64,000 nt of DNA from Octopus sinensis (Eukaryota). Positions 12,306 through 27,071 of the stretch are shown in pieces. The notes under the pieces were generated by a model. It was not told where the DNA came from. It saw only the letters and a program-made list of their open reading frames with translations, and made no database searches. Positions within the stretch are counted from its first letter, which is position 1. Each line of letters begins with the position of its first letter. The position numbers were made by a program, and so were the translations under genes. Where the stretch lies: the NCBI RefSeq assembly GCF_006345805.1, contig NC_043005.1, positions 17,918,001 through 17,982,000 of the forward strand, written 5' to 3'.

Positions 12306-13646
12306 ATCTATACTATATCTCTCTCACTCCTCTCTCTCTCTCTCTCTCTCCTTCTTAATATACATCAGTTATAGTATAATTCAATATAAATATGATGTAT
12401 GTCATCGAATTACCACCGATACGTAATTCACCAATAATTCAGCTGACAAAATCATTCGTTTCTTACATTCGTAACAGTATGTAAAGAACCAATTCTAAGA
12501 TAAATAAGAAAATACCTCAATCGTTTGGCACAGTGCTATGCGGTCATAATCGGACTGGAAATGCTACGAAGCCGGTAACATATTAGAAATGTATTTAATG
12601 CCCAAGTTTGCTTTGTATACAATGTCCAATGTGTGTACGTTCTCGTTATTTCCTATTTATTTATGGAAGCTTTCTCTCGCTTTACAACTTACAAATAGCG
12701 AAATAGTTATAGTAAAGGCTCGAAACGTTTTATAGCTATTTCATGGTGTTCAACAAATGGAACTTGAACAATTACATCGAATCCCTTTTGTAAATCGTGA
12801 AGAATGTCCAAGAAGGAGAAAGTAAATTAATGAAAAAATATATATATGAATTAGAAAAAATATAAAGGTGGGGGAACACCGAATAGTAGAAGAAAAGAAA
12901 AGTCGATAAATCGATAAAACAACAACATTAACAACAAAATCAAATCAAATCAAAGAAACAGATTTCTGCATACAATACATTGAATAGTTTATTAGGCAAG
13001 CGAAAATAATAATAGTGAAATACAGCTACAGGACTGAAGGGAAAAAAAAAGGATAGATAAAATAAATATCTCGTTTGTTGTTGTTGTGGTTGCTGTTGCT
13101 GTGGTTGTTGTTGGTTTTATTGTTTTTGTTGCACTAAATTTCCAATAGTTATCTCAGTTCATTCATGCTCTGGTTTTTTTTTTACACATCTTATGACATA
13201 CTGTCTTCACCCGCAGGGTATACACAAACACATAAATTCACACACGCTCCTACGCACATAATTTCACAAATACGTGCATACGCTCTAGCACACTCACAAC
13301 TTCATACATATTCACACACATACACTCACACACACATACATTCTTTCTCTCTCTCTCTCTATCTCTCTCTCACACACACACACCAACGCACACACACACA
13401 CACACACACGAACACCAACACGTAAAAAAAAAATTGAAAATATAAGCAAAAACTCAACGTTTTTTATCAGTCCGACGTATATTATTTATACTTGGTTGCT
13501 GTTTTTGTAAACTTTTAAATTTTGTCCTCTGTGTGTATAGGTGTATAGGTGTTCGCGTGTGTATGTGTGCGTGTGTAGGAGTGTGTGTGCGTGTGTGTAT
13601 GGAATGTGTGTCTTATCCTGTATTTCAAATGTCTTTACTTCCTTTT

Positions 13647-13723
13647 TCAAAGAAGACTTTCTTTCTCTTCGCTCGCTTCCTCATCAGACGTAATGAATTC
13701 GCTGTCATTTTCTCCGCTCCATT
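13647..13723 (-). CDS. Putative terminal coding exon (phase 1): (E)WSGENDSEFITSDEEASEEKESLL*
   Basis: Strong acceptor tttttctctttttatgtag and an acidic open frame ending in TGA. Joins in phase to the exon at 35838-35975. Confidence 0.55.
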
Positions 13724-14128
13724 CTACATAAAAAGAGAAAAACCAAAGATTTTTATCAAATTAGTTTACAATATTGTAGCATTTCTAAGAGTTTTAATTC
13801 GTGTAAAGAAAGGAAATAAAATGCGTGTACATATAAACATATATACATACATACAAACACATATACACACACACACATATGATGTCTGTATATTTATATA
13901 TACATGTGTAAATGTAAATAGATACACACATACATACCACACATATATATCTTTTATGATATATATAGTATATATATTATATATATATATATATAAATAT
14001 ATATAATATATATCTATATATTATTATATATATATATATATATAATAATATAATATATATATATATTATAATGATATATGGACATATCATATGATTGTAT
14101 ATTATATATATATATATATATATATATG

Positions 14129-14159
<31 letters not shown>

Positions 14160-14306
14160 CATATATATGTTATATGATGTGGTGTATGTATGTATATATG
14201 TATGTATAAATCGTTACAGAAATAGTGTAGAGATTTGGAAATGTTTCAAAAGTAGACAACCAAGAACAAAAATGAGAAAAGTCGGTAGAAGAATCAAAAA
14301 TGCGAT

Positions 14307-14685
<379 letters not shown>

Positions 14686-14819
14686 ACATATAGGTGTATA
14701 GATGAACATAAATCTAATTGCGCATGCAGTATAGGTATAATGTATATTACTATGTATATCTATACTTTCGTTCCCCGTTCCCCTCCTCTTTCTCTCCTCT
14801 ATATATACGTATTATTATA

Positions 14820-14865
<46 letters not shown>

Positions 14866-15013
14866 ATATATATATATAATTATTATACACATACATAATA
14901 CACACACATATATATATATAATATACATTCGTTTATATATATTTATATACATATACATACATATATGTGTATTCATATACACTCAAACACACAGAGCTTG
15001 AAAGTGCGATGAT

Positions 15014-15067
<54 letters not shown>

Positions 15068-15326
15068 AGTGTATGTGTGTGTATGTGTGTGTGTGTGTGT
15101 GTGTGTTTGTATAGCGTATGTATGTGTGTGTTTTTTTTAATAAGGGAGATATTCACTGCTGATATTGGACATTGGACAGTATGTATTATGTTAACAGAGG
15201 TATCATTGTACAACCTAGAAGCTTTTGTCTGATTCATAAGAGCGCCTGTAGGATGTGTCTGCGAGTCAATCGACCTGCTAGATACAACCATAAAATCTCT
15301 TTGAGATAAAAACTTACAGTCCTGCA

Positions 15327-15410
<84 letters not shown>

Positions 15411-16481
15411 TGCCTCTTTTAACTGTCATTAGAACGGAAAGCCACATCGGATAATGTACTTCTAGAAAAAAAAAAAAACGTTTAAAATAGTTTTGGAATG
15501 CTTTTGATCATAGGTTTGTTCATTCAAGGAATGAAACTAATCAACTAATAACAGCACAGAAGCACATAACTTGTACATGCATATTATTATGTATGTATAC
15601 ATACACATGTAAATGTTTACTTAAGTGAGGTATATTTGCCATCTCAATATGGCTAACCACTAAGGATGGATGTTACTGTAGCTTGTAGCCCCAGGAGAAC
15701 ATCTCCAGCTGGCTATAGGCACACTTTTGTGCCCTATCGGTATTTGCAAACCTCGTTCAGAGATTCATTATTGTTTACTTAAGATTATAATTTTAAAGAA
15801 ATTTTAAGAATACAAGCAGAAATTTACTAGTAAGAAACTCAATACTAAGTGTAGAGTCAAATTTATTATACAGTTCGTTTTGATCGGTTGAATAATCCAT
15901 CAAACAACATTTAAAGTCCAGATGACACACAATGATACTATTCACTGCTGTCATTATTTTTTTTCCCAGCTACATTCCGATTATTTTTTACCCCTCTTGT
16001 ATGGGGATGCATGTATCTCTTCTGTAGCATGAGACCTGTTCCGGCCCTTTTTTTCATGCTTTGTTACTTCATCACTTAACATAAAGCTACCCCTACTTTC
16101 TACTGTAGCCCTATCCAGCAGAAGGCTACCCAGCTGTAGCCCTACCCAGCAGAAGGCGATCTTAGACTTGCCAGCTACATGATGACCTCACTGGTGCCCG
16201 GACAAAGAAAAGAAAGCAGTACATTCGATAAAGAAGTTGGTGTTAGGTAGAGTATCTAACAGAAAAGGGTATGTCAAAGCAAACATTGTAACACGACACG
16301 TCGGATTCTTTTAAACCATTCATCTCATACCAGACAAGAACGTTAGATGATGATGATGATGGTGATGATGATGATGATGGTGATATGATGATGTGGATGG
16401 TGGGACATGATGATGGTACACACACATGATAACAACATTATACATATACACAAACATATATATATATATATATATAATCTA

Positions 16482-16524
<43 letters not shown>

Positions 16525-17098
16525 TTGTGTGTGTGTGTGTGGTGTGTGTTCTTTCATTTTTCATTTTCCTCCACCCTGCTTAATTTTTCTATCCCTCTGC
16601 CTCTACCTCTCTTTCTTCTCTCCCCACGTGACCAGTGTTCAGCCAGGCCTGACCTTTCTTTCTTGGTTGGACTACTGTCCGTGCAACATCTATATTCCTT
16701 CCTGTGCTTGTTAAATCTTATGTCCCTGCCGTAAGGTTTTACTTCCACACACGTCAGCTTAATTTAATTCGTCCTTAGTCGAAAGACACCTGTTGTTATG
16801 TCCTGTTATTTATATTCGTGTAACAATTGCTTTTTTCCCGTCCTTGTTTCGTATACATTCGCTGCTTTCTTGCTAGGAATGTAATGCTCTTAGCTTATTT
16901 TTCCTTAGGGCTGGCTAGATTGGAGTAATCTCGAGTATAACCAGCCGAAATTGCAAAGATAATCTGGAACTCGACTGAGGATAGAAAGCTCCGAATGATC
17001 CGTCCTTGTTTTCCTTGTATCGTCTGTCTGGATATTTTGTTTTCCTTTCACCTAACTGTCTGGATGTTTTGCGTCATTGTCCCATTTTTGTATATATA

Positions 17099-17602
17099 TC
17101 TATATATATAAAACTCTAGTTGTGTGAGTGTCTGTCCCCTTCGATTTAGATTCCTAACTCCTCCCACATTTTGCGGTGCAGTTTAACCAAATTCGGGTAT
17201 CTTATAGTCGTGATTCATATCGAGCCCGTCTGACTATTAGCGCGCGTCAACGATGAGTCTACGATTTAAAAAATAATTTAACATCATTTTTTATTCCATT
17301 TTAATGCATAAAATGCATCGTGTGTCGATGGCGGCGGAGTGTGGCGTCCACGCTCACAGCTGCACCTGTTTGCTTCTCCCCCTTCCCTCCCTCGTGAAGC
17401 TGTGGGGAAGGGAGTGTAAAGAAATCAACGTCGTAATGCGTTGTGAAGGAAACCAGCGTTCTTTTAGAAAACGACTTCATGGCTTGAAGACACCAAAACA
17501 AAAATGGCTAAGAAAGCCCGATTTATAAGGGAAGTAATCTCTAAAAATGCTTATATAGTTATTTCCCTTACAAACCCGAGCAACGCCGGGCGATACTGCT
17601 AG
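17099..17602 (+). mobile_element. Non-autonomous Helitron
   Basis: A|TCTATATATATAAAACTC ... gcaacgccgggcgatactgCTAG|T, inserted in a (TA)n tract with no TSD. Confidence 0.88.
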
Positions 17603-17693
<91 letters not shown>

Positions 17694-17799
17694 TTCATTA
17701 ATACAAATAAAAAGTAAATAAAGTAATAAATATTCTAGTGATGTCCTAATCTCCCAGAAGTTCAGCTAAAACATAAAACTGAGTATACGATAAGACCAA

Positions 17800-18300
17800 T
17801 GTCCCGCAGCTACAATAAGAAGAGGTAAATTAACAAGAACAAGAATATTAAATTAGACAGAGATGCCGAAATCAGAGAATTAGACCAGAGCCACCATTAC
17901 AAATACCTAGGAGCAAATATGCTAATTAAAATATAAAAAACACAGAAAATGAAGAAGGAAATGAGAGACGAGCACTAAATTGAACTCAAACTGATATTAA
18001 AAATTGAATTATCAGCTAGAAAAAAAGTGAAGACATAAATACACTAAACATTCCACTTCCTAATAATGGCTTCAGCATAATTAACTTGGAGTTAAGTGAG
18101 TTTGTAGAGCCTAGATAGATAAAAATATAATGTTTATCAGACTTCCGAAGCCACCGGCCAAAAACTGACAGAGACAGAATATATCTAACCCACACACAGG
18201 AAGAGCGGTATCTTATATAAATCGAAAATTACTACATGATAACAATATTAGGACTACAAAAACAATTGGAAGCAAGCAAAGGTAAGTGATTGGTGTAATA
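17800..18300 (+). mobile_element. Decayed non-LTR retrotransposon RT/thumb fragment (R4/Dong-like, restriction-like endonuclease type)
   Basis: Translated remnants IRELDQSHHYKYLG, ELSARKKV..INTLNIP and DRIYL resemble the post-RT region of R4-type elements. Confidence 0.55.
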
Positions 18301-18446
18301 GGGTTGCATGAATAAGGAAAAAAGAAGAAAAAAAAAGTTTCTTTCTATGTAAGGAGTTATTTATATTAGGTACAGATTAGAAACTAACTACATAAAAAAA
18401 AAAAATTAGACAAGGACAAATCAACAGAAAGGAGTTGCAAAAATAA

Positions 18447-18861
18447 GTTGGTGAGCTGGCAGAAATGTTAGCACGCTGGACGAAATGCTTAGCGGTATTT
18501 CGTCTGCCGTTACGTTCTGAGTTCAAATTCCGCCGAGGTCGACTTTGCCTTTCATCCTTTCGGGGTCGATAAATTCAGTACCAGTTACGCACTGGGGTCG
18601 ATGTAATCGACTTAATCCGTTTGTCTGTCCTTGTTTGTCCTCTCTGTGTGTAGCCCCTTGTGGGTAGTAAAGAAATAGGTATTTCGTCTGCCGCTATGTT
18701 CTGAGTTCAAATCCCGCCGAGGTCGACTTTGCCTTTCATCCTTTCGGGGTCGATTAAATAAGTATCAGTTACGCACTGGGGTCGATATAATCGACTTAAT
18801 CCCTTTGTCTGTCCTTGTTTGTCCCCTCTATGTTTAGCCCCTGGTGGGCAATAAAGAAATA
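18447..18861 (+). mobile_element. SINE-A dimer (full unit plus 5'-shortened unit) with a 21-bp TSD
   Basis: TSD agaaaggagttgcaaaaataa at 18426-18446 and 18862-18882. The second unit starts at ggtatttcgtctgcc directly after aaagaaata. Confidence 0.92.
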
Positions 18862-18980
18862 AGAAAGGAGTTGCAAAAATAAATAAATACAAAACAAGTA
18901 AAGTCCGTGCAGAATTTCAAAATATACTGAGGAGTAGAAGATAGAGGCATAGATGACTCCCAGACCATACCGCATGAGAG

Positions 18981-19073
<93 letters not shown>

Positions 19074-19869
19074 GAGAGAGTGAGAGAAAGAAAGAAGGGA
19101 AGAAGAGAGGGCGTGAGAAGGCGAGAAAGAGAGTGAATGAGAGAGAAATAGAGAGGGAAAGAAAGAGGAGAGCCACCAGACTAAAAGCTAACAATTACTA
19201 AAAGCTGTGAACTTAAAAAAAGATGTCATTTCTACTGCTGAGGAGCGGTTCCTAACCACAAATAATAACAATAAAATATTTATAGCATAATGGATGTTAA
19301 TAAGTATAGACAATACAACCAGTACAGTAAAACAGTTTCCCAGGTAACGAGTTGTTAGGATGTTACATATAATGGTTTCAAATTTCGGTACTGGAAAAGC
19401 AGTATTTTTAGAGGACGGGGATGTCGATAACATCGACTACAGCACTTGACCAGTACTTATCCACCGCAAAGGATGAAAGGTAAATTCAGCCTGGACGGAA
19501 TTTGAACTTAGAACTCAAAGGCGGGCGAAATGGCGTTCAGCATTCAAGGCATCGGATATGAAATTTCTTAGTTCAAATGTCGTCGACACCAAATTTGCAT
19601 TTCAGCCTTTCGGAGTCGGTCGGTGAATTGGTGAAAAAGGACCGGGATACATCGCGGTATTTGTCCCGGTTGATTAAAATCTGAGACGAAAACTTATTTT
19701 TTCTATTTGGATAATAGACTGATTTTGTTGCTTGATATCATACCATCATACGGCACCGTGGGTAATTTTAAAGGCCTCTCTGTTGAAAGCATTGGAGCCA
19801 GTTCTCCGGTTTGAGGATGACTTCTCCCATCATCGGTCTCAGATATCCCGTAAAGGGTTACGGAAACTA

Positions 19870-21330
19870 CTTTCCCTCCTTACTAAAGAATAAGCATGGA
19901 TTTGAAAGAATTGGCAGAGGCATGGGGAAATAGAAAGGTTTCTATCGTTAGCCCTGTCGTCAGACCTTTCAATTGTGTCCAACGACTTTCACAAAAGCTA
20001 CCAGAAATATAAACTACTTACCCTTCTCGCCAAAAGGAAAATCACATGAGGATATTCACAGTGGCCTCAGCTGTTAACTGATGCAATCCTACACATGATA
20101 GTAAGTATTTAACATAAATTCACAAAACAGTAATGCTCGAGTATGGGCAATGCGTGTAGAGTGATTTCATTTCCTTGCGCACATCTTGAACAACCTCGGC
20201 TGACAGCACTTCTGAATCTGTAGAATTTATTGCGAACCAGTAATTCCCCACGGTAGCACTGCACCACCAAAGATTTCTGGAAATTATTCATGAACCTTGG
20301 ACCGAAAGTCCTTTGGAGGAAACCAGCCGGTTGATTTTCGTCGAGGCCCAGGGTTTCCTCGAGAACGCCGTCATTCCTACCAGACACGTTAAATTTCCAC
20401 AGATTGCATTGCCCGTCTGTTAGAGTTGTGAGCACTTGACTACATTCCAGGTGCCAATCGATTTGTCTCGGCTTTTGCTTGATCCAGGATTGCAACTCTG
20501 TTACAGAGACGAACAGTAAATAAAAGCCCCTGGAAAACGGCAAACACACTTTTTCACTTTTAAGGAGTATTGGAAATGCCGCAATCACAGTACATTTCTG
20601 CTCATCGGCATGCCCCGTTCTCAACGCAGCGGGTGTTGACAGCAAAGGAAGCGTACGACTTGTGGAACGGGTACCTTTCAGAAGAAGCGGAAGAACAAAC
20701 GCCTCACCCCGTTCAGATATAACTACGGCATAACAGTCATGCGGTAATATATAACGGAGGCGATATAGTAATTCCCCACCCTGGCCCATTTGCTTCCTCT
20801 TAGCCCTATTGTTGTTATTGCTGCCGTTATTTTTATATTTTTCATAGTTCTCATTATCAATGTTGTTGCTGCTGTTCTTTACTTTGTCTATTGTCCTGAT
20901 TGTGGTTGTTGTTGCTGTCAATGTTATTTATTGCTTTGGCGACGATGGTAGTGTCGATAGTAGCGGCACCGGTTTCAACGTCCGATCCTTCATTTTTTTT
21001 GCATTGTTGTTGTTCCAACACCATCTCCCTCTGGTGTTTCTGTCGAAAATTTTGACACCATCTTTTGATTTGTTTTCAAACCGTTAAGTTCCTGAAAGAG
21101 GAAATAATTCTTGCTAGAAGGGCGAAAACAAAACCGGACTAACAGGTTTCTCAGCATCCTGCTCCATTTAGCAACAACAAGGAGCAGAAATATCTTAACA
21201 CAGACTTTTAAAGTACAACTAAAACGAACAAAACTCAGGAGAAATTTCAAAGAGAATTGCCGATGTAAAAATAACACCAGTAACAAATTCAAACTTGAGC
21301 ATGAAGTCGCCATTTTAAGTGAGGTGGTGG
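19870..21330 (-). mobile_element. Tx1/L1-like LINE, internally deleted (5' UTR and ORF1 start joined to ORF2 C-terminus with zinc-binding region)
   Basis: ORF2 end reads FQKSLVVQCYRGELLVRNK..GCSRCAQGNEITLHAL and is homologous to the copy at 37970-38800. The upstream part has a low-complexity ORF1-like start and an aaaatggcgac-type 5' end. Confidence 0.7.
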
Positions 21331-22312
21331 AAAGTCGACTGAATCGACCTTAGAACGATAAAAAGCAATGTCGACCTCGGAGGTATTTGAACTCAGAGTT
21401 TGGAAGAAATGCCACTGAACACTGTCCGACGGGCTAACGATTCGGCCAGCTCACTGCCATCGAAATGCGAAATATATGTAAACAATTATAAACCCTAGGA
21501 AATAGATATCCACAACATAAAGACAGCAGCGCTGCCAGACATTAAGCACACATTAGGCAGAATACTTTCAATATAATAAAATAACACAAAAATTATACAA
21601 GTATGCAACCAACTCAGTTGTGCAGTGAAAACACACAAGAAAGATAAGAGTAATAACAATCATAATAAAAAAGAAGAAAAGATATAGATCACCTCCGCCA
21701 TCTGCATGAAGAACAAAAATAAAGCAATAACAAAAAGCAGAAGGCAAAGCACAACAGCAGCACCGACAACATAGACAAAAAGAATTACAAAACTTAAGAC
21801 AAAGAACACTAAGTGAAAAATATGACATGTAGTTGGATCGTATTCAACAGTAAGTAGGTAGATGTAGAGAAATGTATTAAAATGCCTTTCTAGAACCACA
21901 TATCTAGTTCTGAGTTGAATTGATAGTTAGTAAGGACCAAGTAACATCAGTAAGATTATATTTTCAAAGAAAAAAAAATGGCTGCTGGCCAAGCATTATA
22001 GTTACGTCCAGCTACCTGGAGCCTCCCATTAATGTGTCGTAAAAGCAGTCTTACAAAACATTCGTCACGAAACTCACAGTGGTAGCCATTACTGTTTGTA
22101 TGTAATTTTAAAGCATTATTTCATGGCCGACCTTCTTGTTAGTTCGGTTCGGTTCGGTTTATTACCAATTTCTCAGCTGATATTACTTACTATTTTTTTT
22201 TTACTTTCATGTAAGTTACATCAGTGCTTTTATTGAAATCTGCCAACTCTTAAAATGCACCTGCTTACATGATACACAATCAGACACAGACGTACATATA
22301 GCTGTAAATCTA

Positions 22313-22646
<334 letters not shown>

Positions 22647-22829
22647 CGCAATATAAACATCCACACACACATGTACACACCACACACACATACACACATA
22701 AACACAGACACATAAACACACACACGCACACCCATATACACATGTATTATCGCATTTGGAAATTTTGAAAAATTTAAAAACAAGTATTATTACATAGTAC
22801 ATAAAGAGAAATATAGCCATAAAGAATGG

Positions 22830-23030
22830 TTTGAAATTTTAGAACAAAACCAGCAATTTAGGGAAAGTGGGGCTAAGTCGATTATATCGACCCCTGTATT
22901 GAACTGGTATTTATTTTATTGACCTCAAAAGGATGAAATGCGAAGTCGATTTCGACGGTACGTAAAGACGGACGAAATGCCGCTAAACGCTTTGCCCAGG
23001 GGCTACCGGTTCTGCCAGATCACCACCCTA
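22830..23030 (-). mobile_element. SINE-A degenerate copy
   Basis: Core motif aaggatgaaatgcgaagtcga and head similarity. Confidence 0.75.
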
Positions 23031-23489
23031 ATATTGATACAAATAATGGTTCATAAGGTAAGGTGTAAACTCTTTAATCAAAAAATCTAGACAAAGTCAC
23101 TCACAAGAATCGAACGCTGCGTCTGTTTTGGACCGGTAAACCACGATGCCACTGTCCAAATGGACTTTCTTGTTTTTGATGTAATAGTATCAAGTGCATC
23201 CTGTCTACCGCAGACATGTGAGTCGATTATATGAGGGATTTTGTTAACATTTTAGATCTTCGAAGCTTTAAGCCCGTATATTATCAAGAATCAGGATTAT
23301 TTTAAGGCGGCGATCTGACAGAATCGACATACCGTTGGAAAACTGCGTTGCGGTATTCATTTAACCACTTCGCTTACTGAATTCAAATTCCACCGAAGTC
23401 AGTTTTGCTTTTCATCCATCCGATTCGATAAAAATAAAGAACCAATCAGGTACCGACTAATCCTCTCAAATCTGGCCTTGTACGTAAAT

Positions 23490-23527
<38 letters not shown>

Positions 23528-23574
23528 CATACATACATACATACATACATACATACATACATACATACATACAT

Positions 23575-23850
23575 ACACAAAAAGAGGAAAAATAAAGGAA
23601 AAATAAACAACTCGTGAAGAACAAGTTGTAACCAATATTCCAATAATTTAATGTTTTGAAAGGAAGTGTAAGAGTCATAATGTTTCGGACGCCAATCTTT
23701 CTTCATAAGAAAACTATAGATCAAAAGTAAAAGAGCAGGGTGCAAGCAGAAAAGATATTGAGAAGAGAGAGAACTGTGGAAAAGTAAAAGAGCAGGGTGC
23801 AAGTATAAAAGATATTGAGAAGAGAGAGAACTGTGCAAGGCTTAGGGGGT
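23575..23850 (-). mobile_element. Probable PLE pseudo-LTR remnant with a degenerate HHR and a 58-bp tandem duplication
   Basis: Minus strand CTTATGA..GAAACATT at 23676-23712, laid out like the 58.0 and 62.9 kb elements. aaagtaaaagagcagggtgcaag..gaactgtg occurs twice. Confidence 0.4.
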
Positions 23851-24379
23851 CAGGTGGAAATGCACTCCTATGTGTGTGTGCGGGGTGGGGAGTTAAGAAA
23901 GAAGGAAGGAGCCGTGTTGTGTGTTCATTGGTTTAGAAGTGTATCCGTGTTTTGATACAGGCAAAAGGGAATTGCTGTGTGCGTAACCAAATTTGCTCGA
24001 CTTCTTTCTTATATGGCAAATGGTACTAGTTAAAACTAGGATACTTTTAAAAGAAAAAATAATCTATGTCAAAGGCAAAATTTCAAACAAAAGAGTTGTA
24101 AATGAGCTTCAACAAAGCTGATGTACAAAATAGATGAAGGGAATTTGATATTTAGAGCGTTGTAGATTATGAAAGGAAAATAGTGTTCCAGTATAGGATC
24201 AGTTTAGGTCTCGTCTTTTAATGGATGTTGTTGCTACTGTAGGATAACAAAACGCACACAAGTTGACATTCAAGTGTTCTGCAACTATTAGATGTTGATA
24301 TCTATTGCCATTTAAGGCTACGACAAGGATAAAGTACAATATGTTGTGGTTTGATGGGAAAATTCACGCATGCGTACTT

Positions 24380-24680
24380 CATTACTACCTCAGAAGTACG
24401 AAGGAATCAGTAATACAAGGAATAAAATAGGAATAAACAAGGAATAAAGTTCATATTATTAACAAATCAGTCAACAGATGTGGAATTTCGATTGGTTGTA
24501 CAGAAGATGACTATCTGAAAGATAACAATGATGCTGAAAGTAACAGAAAGTAACAATAATTATGGACTGCGACGACGAGGAAGTTCCGTATGATAATATT
24601 ATTCATTTTGAATATCATGAAGGTTTGTTCAGTGCTAGAAATGAAAAACTGCATGATTTTGCAAGAATTTAATTAACGTT
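24380..24680 (+). mobile_element. Possible pogo/Tigger transposase C-terminal remnant
   Basis: Broken frame RCGISIGCTEDDYL..MDCDDEE resembles the KCGIS..G.EDD tail of pogo-type DDE transposases. Confidence 0.3.
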
Positions 24681-25146
24681 TGTCTTTGAAATATTAAAGA
24701 TTTATCATGTAACTGTAATCGAACTCCATATTTAATTTCAACGTCTCTTTTCTATAAAAAAAAAGAAAGCTGACATATCCATTTTCATTCACTGATTTAT
24801 AACTTTCATCTTAATATTCATAGCCTGAAACTGCCTTGTTTTACCTAATTAGAAATAAAAATTCACCACTAAAACGCATTATTGTGATGAGTGTCACAAC
24901 GACGATGGCAGTCAATCAAGTACAATGCATACAGGAAAAGCAACAAGTGCAAATATCCATAAGAGCTACAGGGCCGTATTTACTCAGTTGGATGAATAGG
25001 TTTTAATGTGAATACTATATAATAATTGCTGCTATTTCTGTTGCTCATTGTTTTATTCTTGTAGTTAGTTAAGATATAATTTTTGGTACTGTTATTGATA
25101 GGCTTTTGACGCCGTTTTGAATTTCGGATTCTCAGAGATACAAAGG

Positions 25147-25177
<31 letters not shown>

Positions 25178-25405
25178 TGTGTGTTGTGTGTGTGTGTGTG
25201 TATGTGTGTGTATACGTGTATGATGCTTGCATATTCCTATCTGTGAATATGTTTATGAGTAATCGTATATATAAACGTGTTTTTTTTATTTACATATATG
25301 TGCTTGTATACATCTGTATATATATATATGTGCTTATATGTGAATATACCTGCATGTTTATGTACATGGAAATATGTTTGCAAATGTATGTGTGTGTGTG
25401 TATAT

Positions 25406-25449
<44 letters not shown>

Positions 25450-25598
25450 CATACATACATACGCACACATATATGTATACATGTATATATATATATACAC
25501 ACACGCATACGTACATATGTGTATATTTACATATACATATATAGACACCCGCATACATACATGCATACATACATACATACATACATTCACACATATGC

Positions 25599-25664
<66 letters not shown>

Positions 25665-26245
25665 AGCACGAAATGTAACCTTTCCTCATTTATAACGACC
25701 AATATTTACCAATAAATATCTTGCTGTGTTTAGAATAAGCCTAGACGTGACCTTTCAGTACAAACCATAGAATATGACTTGTATGAGACCTGTTTTCGAA
25801 TACATGTTTCACCTCTTTGACTGTGCTTACATGCCTGCTTGAATGATTCCATATATATAAAACTAATTCTACTTTACACGAAATAGATTTCAATTTATAA
25901 CTACATAGGAAAGCTAACTGGAACACAACAGACTGCACCTCAAAATTTCCTATTATCTTCGTTCTTTTTTTCCTACTGCACTATAAATATTAGTCTTCTT
26001 CTTCCTCTCAACCGCCTTCACGTCCAGCTTTCTTTCTCTCCTATTCCCTTAAGCATTTCAGCCTCGTTAGGTCTTGTCAATCGTGACTACTAGCAGCCAC
26101 CGGCTGCATAGACGAGGTTTGTTTTTTTCGATATAGAGGAAAATATTGAAAAAACTGCTATTGTGAAAAGCCGCGTGCTTGGATAAATATCAGTTAAATG
26201 CATGTAACACATTTATATTTAGTATGATACATAGATGACTATTTT

Positions 26246-26429
26246 CAGGAGTGGCTGTGTGGTAAGTAGCTTGCTTACCAACCACATTGTTCCAGGTTCA
26301 GTTCCACTGCGTGGCACCTTGGGCAAGTGTCTTCTACTATAGCCTCGGACCGACCAAAGCCTTGGGAGTGGATTTGGTAGACGGAAACTGAAAGAAGCCC
26401 GTCGAATATATATATACATGTATATATGT

Positions 26430-26522
<93 letters not shown>

Positions 26523-26730
26523 GGAATGTGTGTGTATAGGTTTGTCCTCCCAACATCGCTTGACAACTGATGCTGGTGTATTTACGTCCCCGTAACGTAG
26601 CGGCTCGTCAAAAGAACCGATAAAATAATTATTCGGCTTACAAAGAATAAGTCCTGGGGTCGATTTGCTCGACTAAAGGCCGTGCTCCAGCATGGCCGCA
26701 GTCAAATGACTGAAACATGTAAATGGATAA
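26246..26730 (+). mobile_element. SINE-B full-length copy
   Basis: caggagtggctgtgtggtaagtagcttg... internal (TA)n(TG)n ... gcagtcaaatgactgaaac tail. Confidence 0.92.
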
Positions 26731-26817
26731 AAAGAACGAAAGAATACGGTTTTTTCCTGCGTTTGCGAATTCCAATATGGCATTAAGCAGAATCCTATAT
26801 GTATCATATATGCATAC

Positions 26818-27036
26818 TCTTTTACTCTTTCATACGTTTCAGTCATTTGAATGCGACCATGCTGGAGCACCGCCTTTAGTCGAAGAAATCGAACATGGAC
26901 TTATGCTATCGGTCTCTTTTGTCGAACCGCTAAGTTTTTGGGACATAAACATACCAACATCGGTTGTGAAGCGGTGGTGGGGAGACAAACACAAACACAA
27001 AGACACATTCACATTAATATATACACACACATACAT

Positions 27037-27071
<35 letters not shown>

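Noticed and set aside
19930-19970. Minus-strand CTGACGA..GAAA
   Set aside because: No stem II or III, and it lies within the Tx1-like coding remnant.
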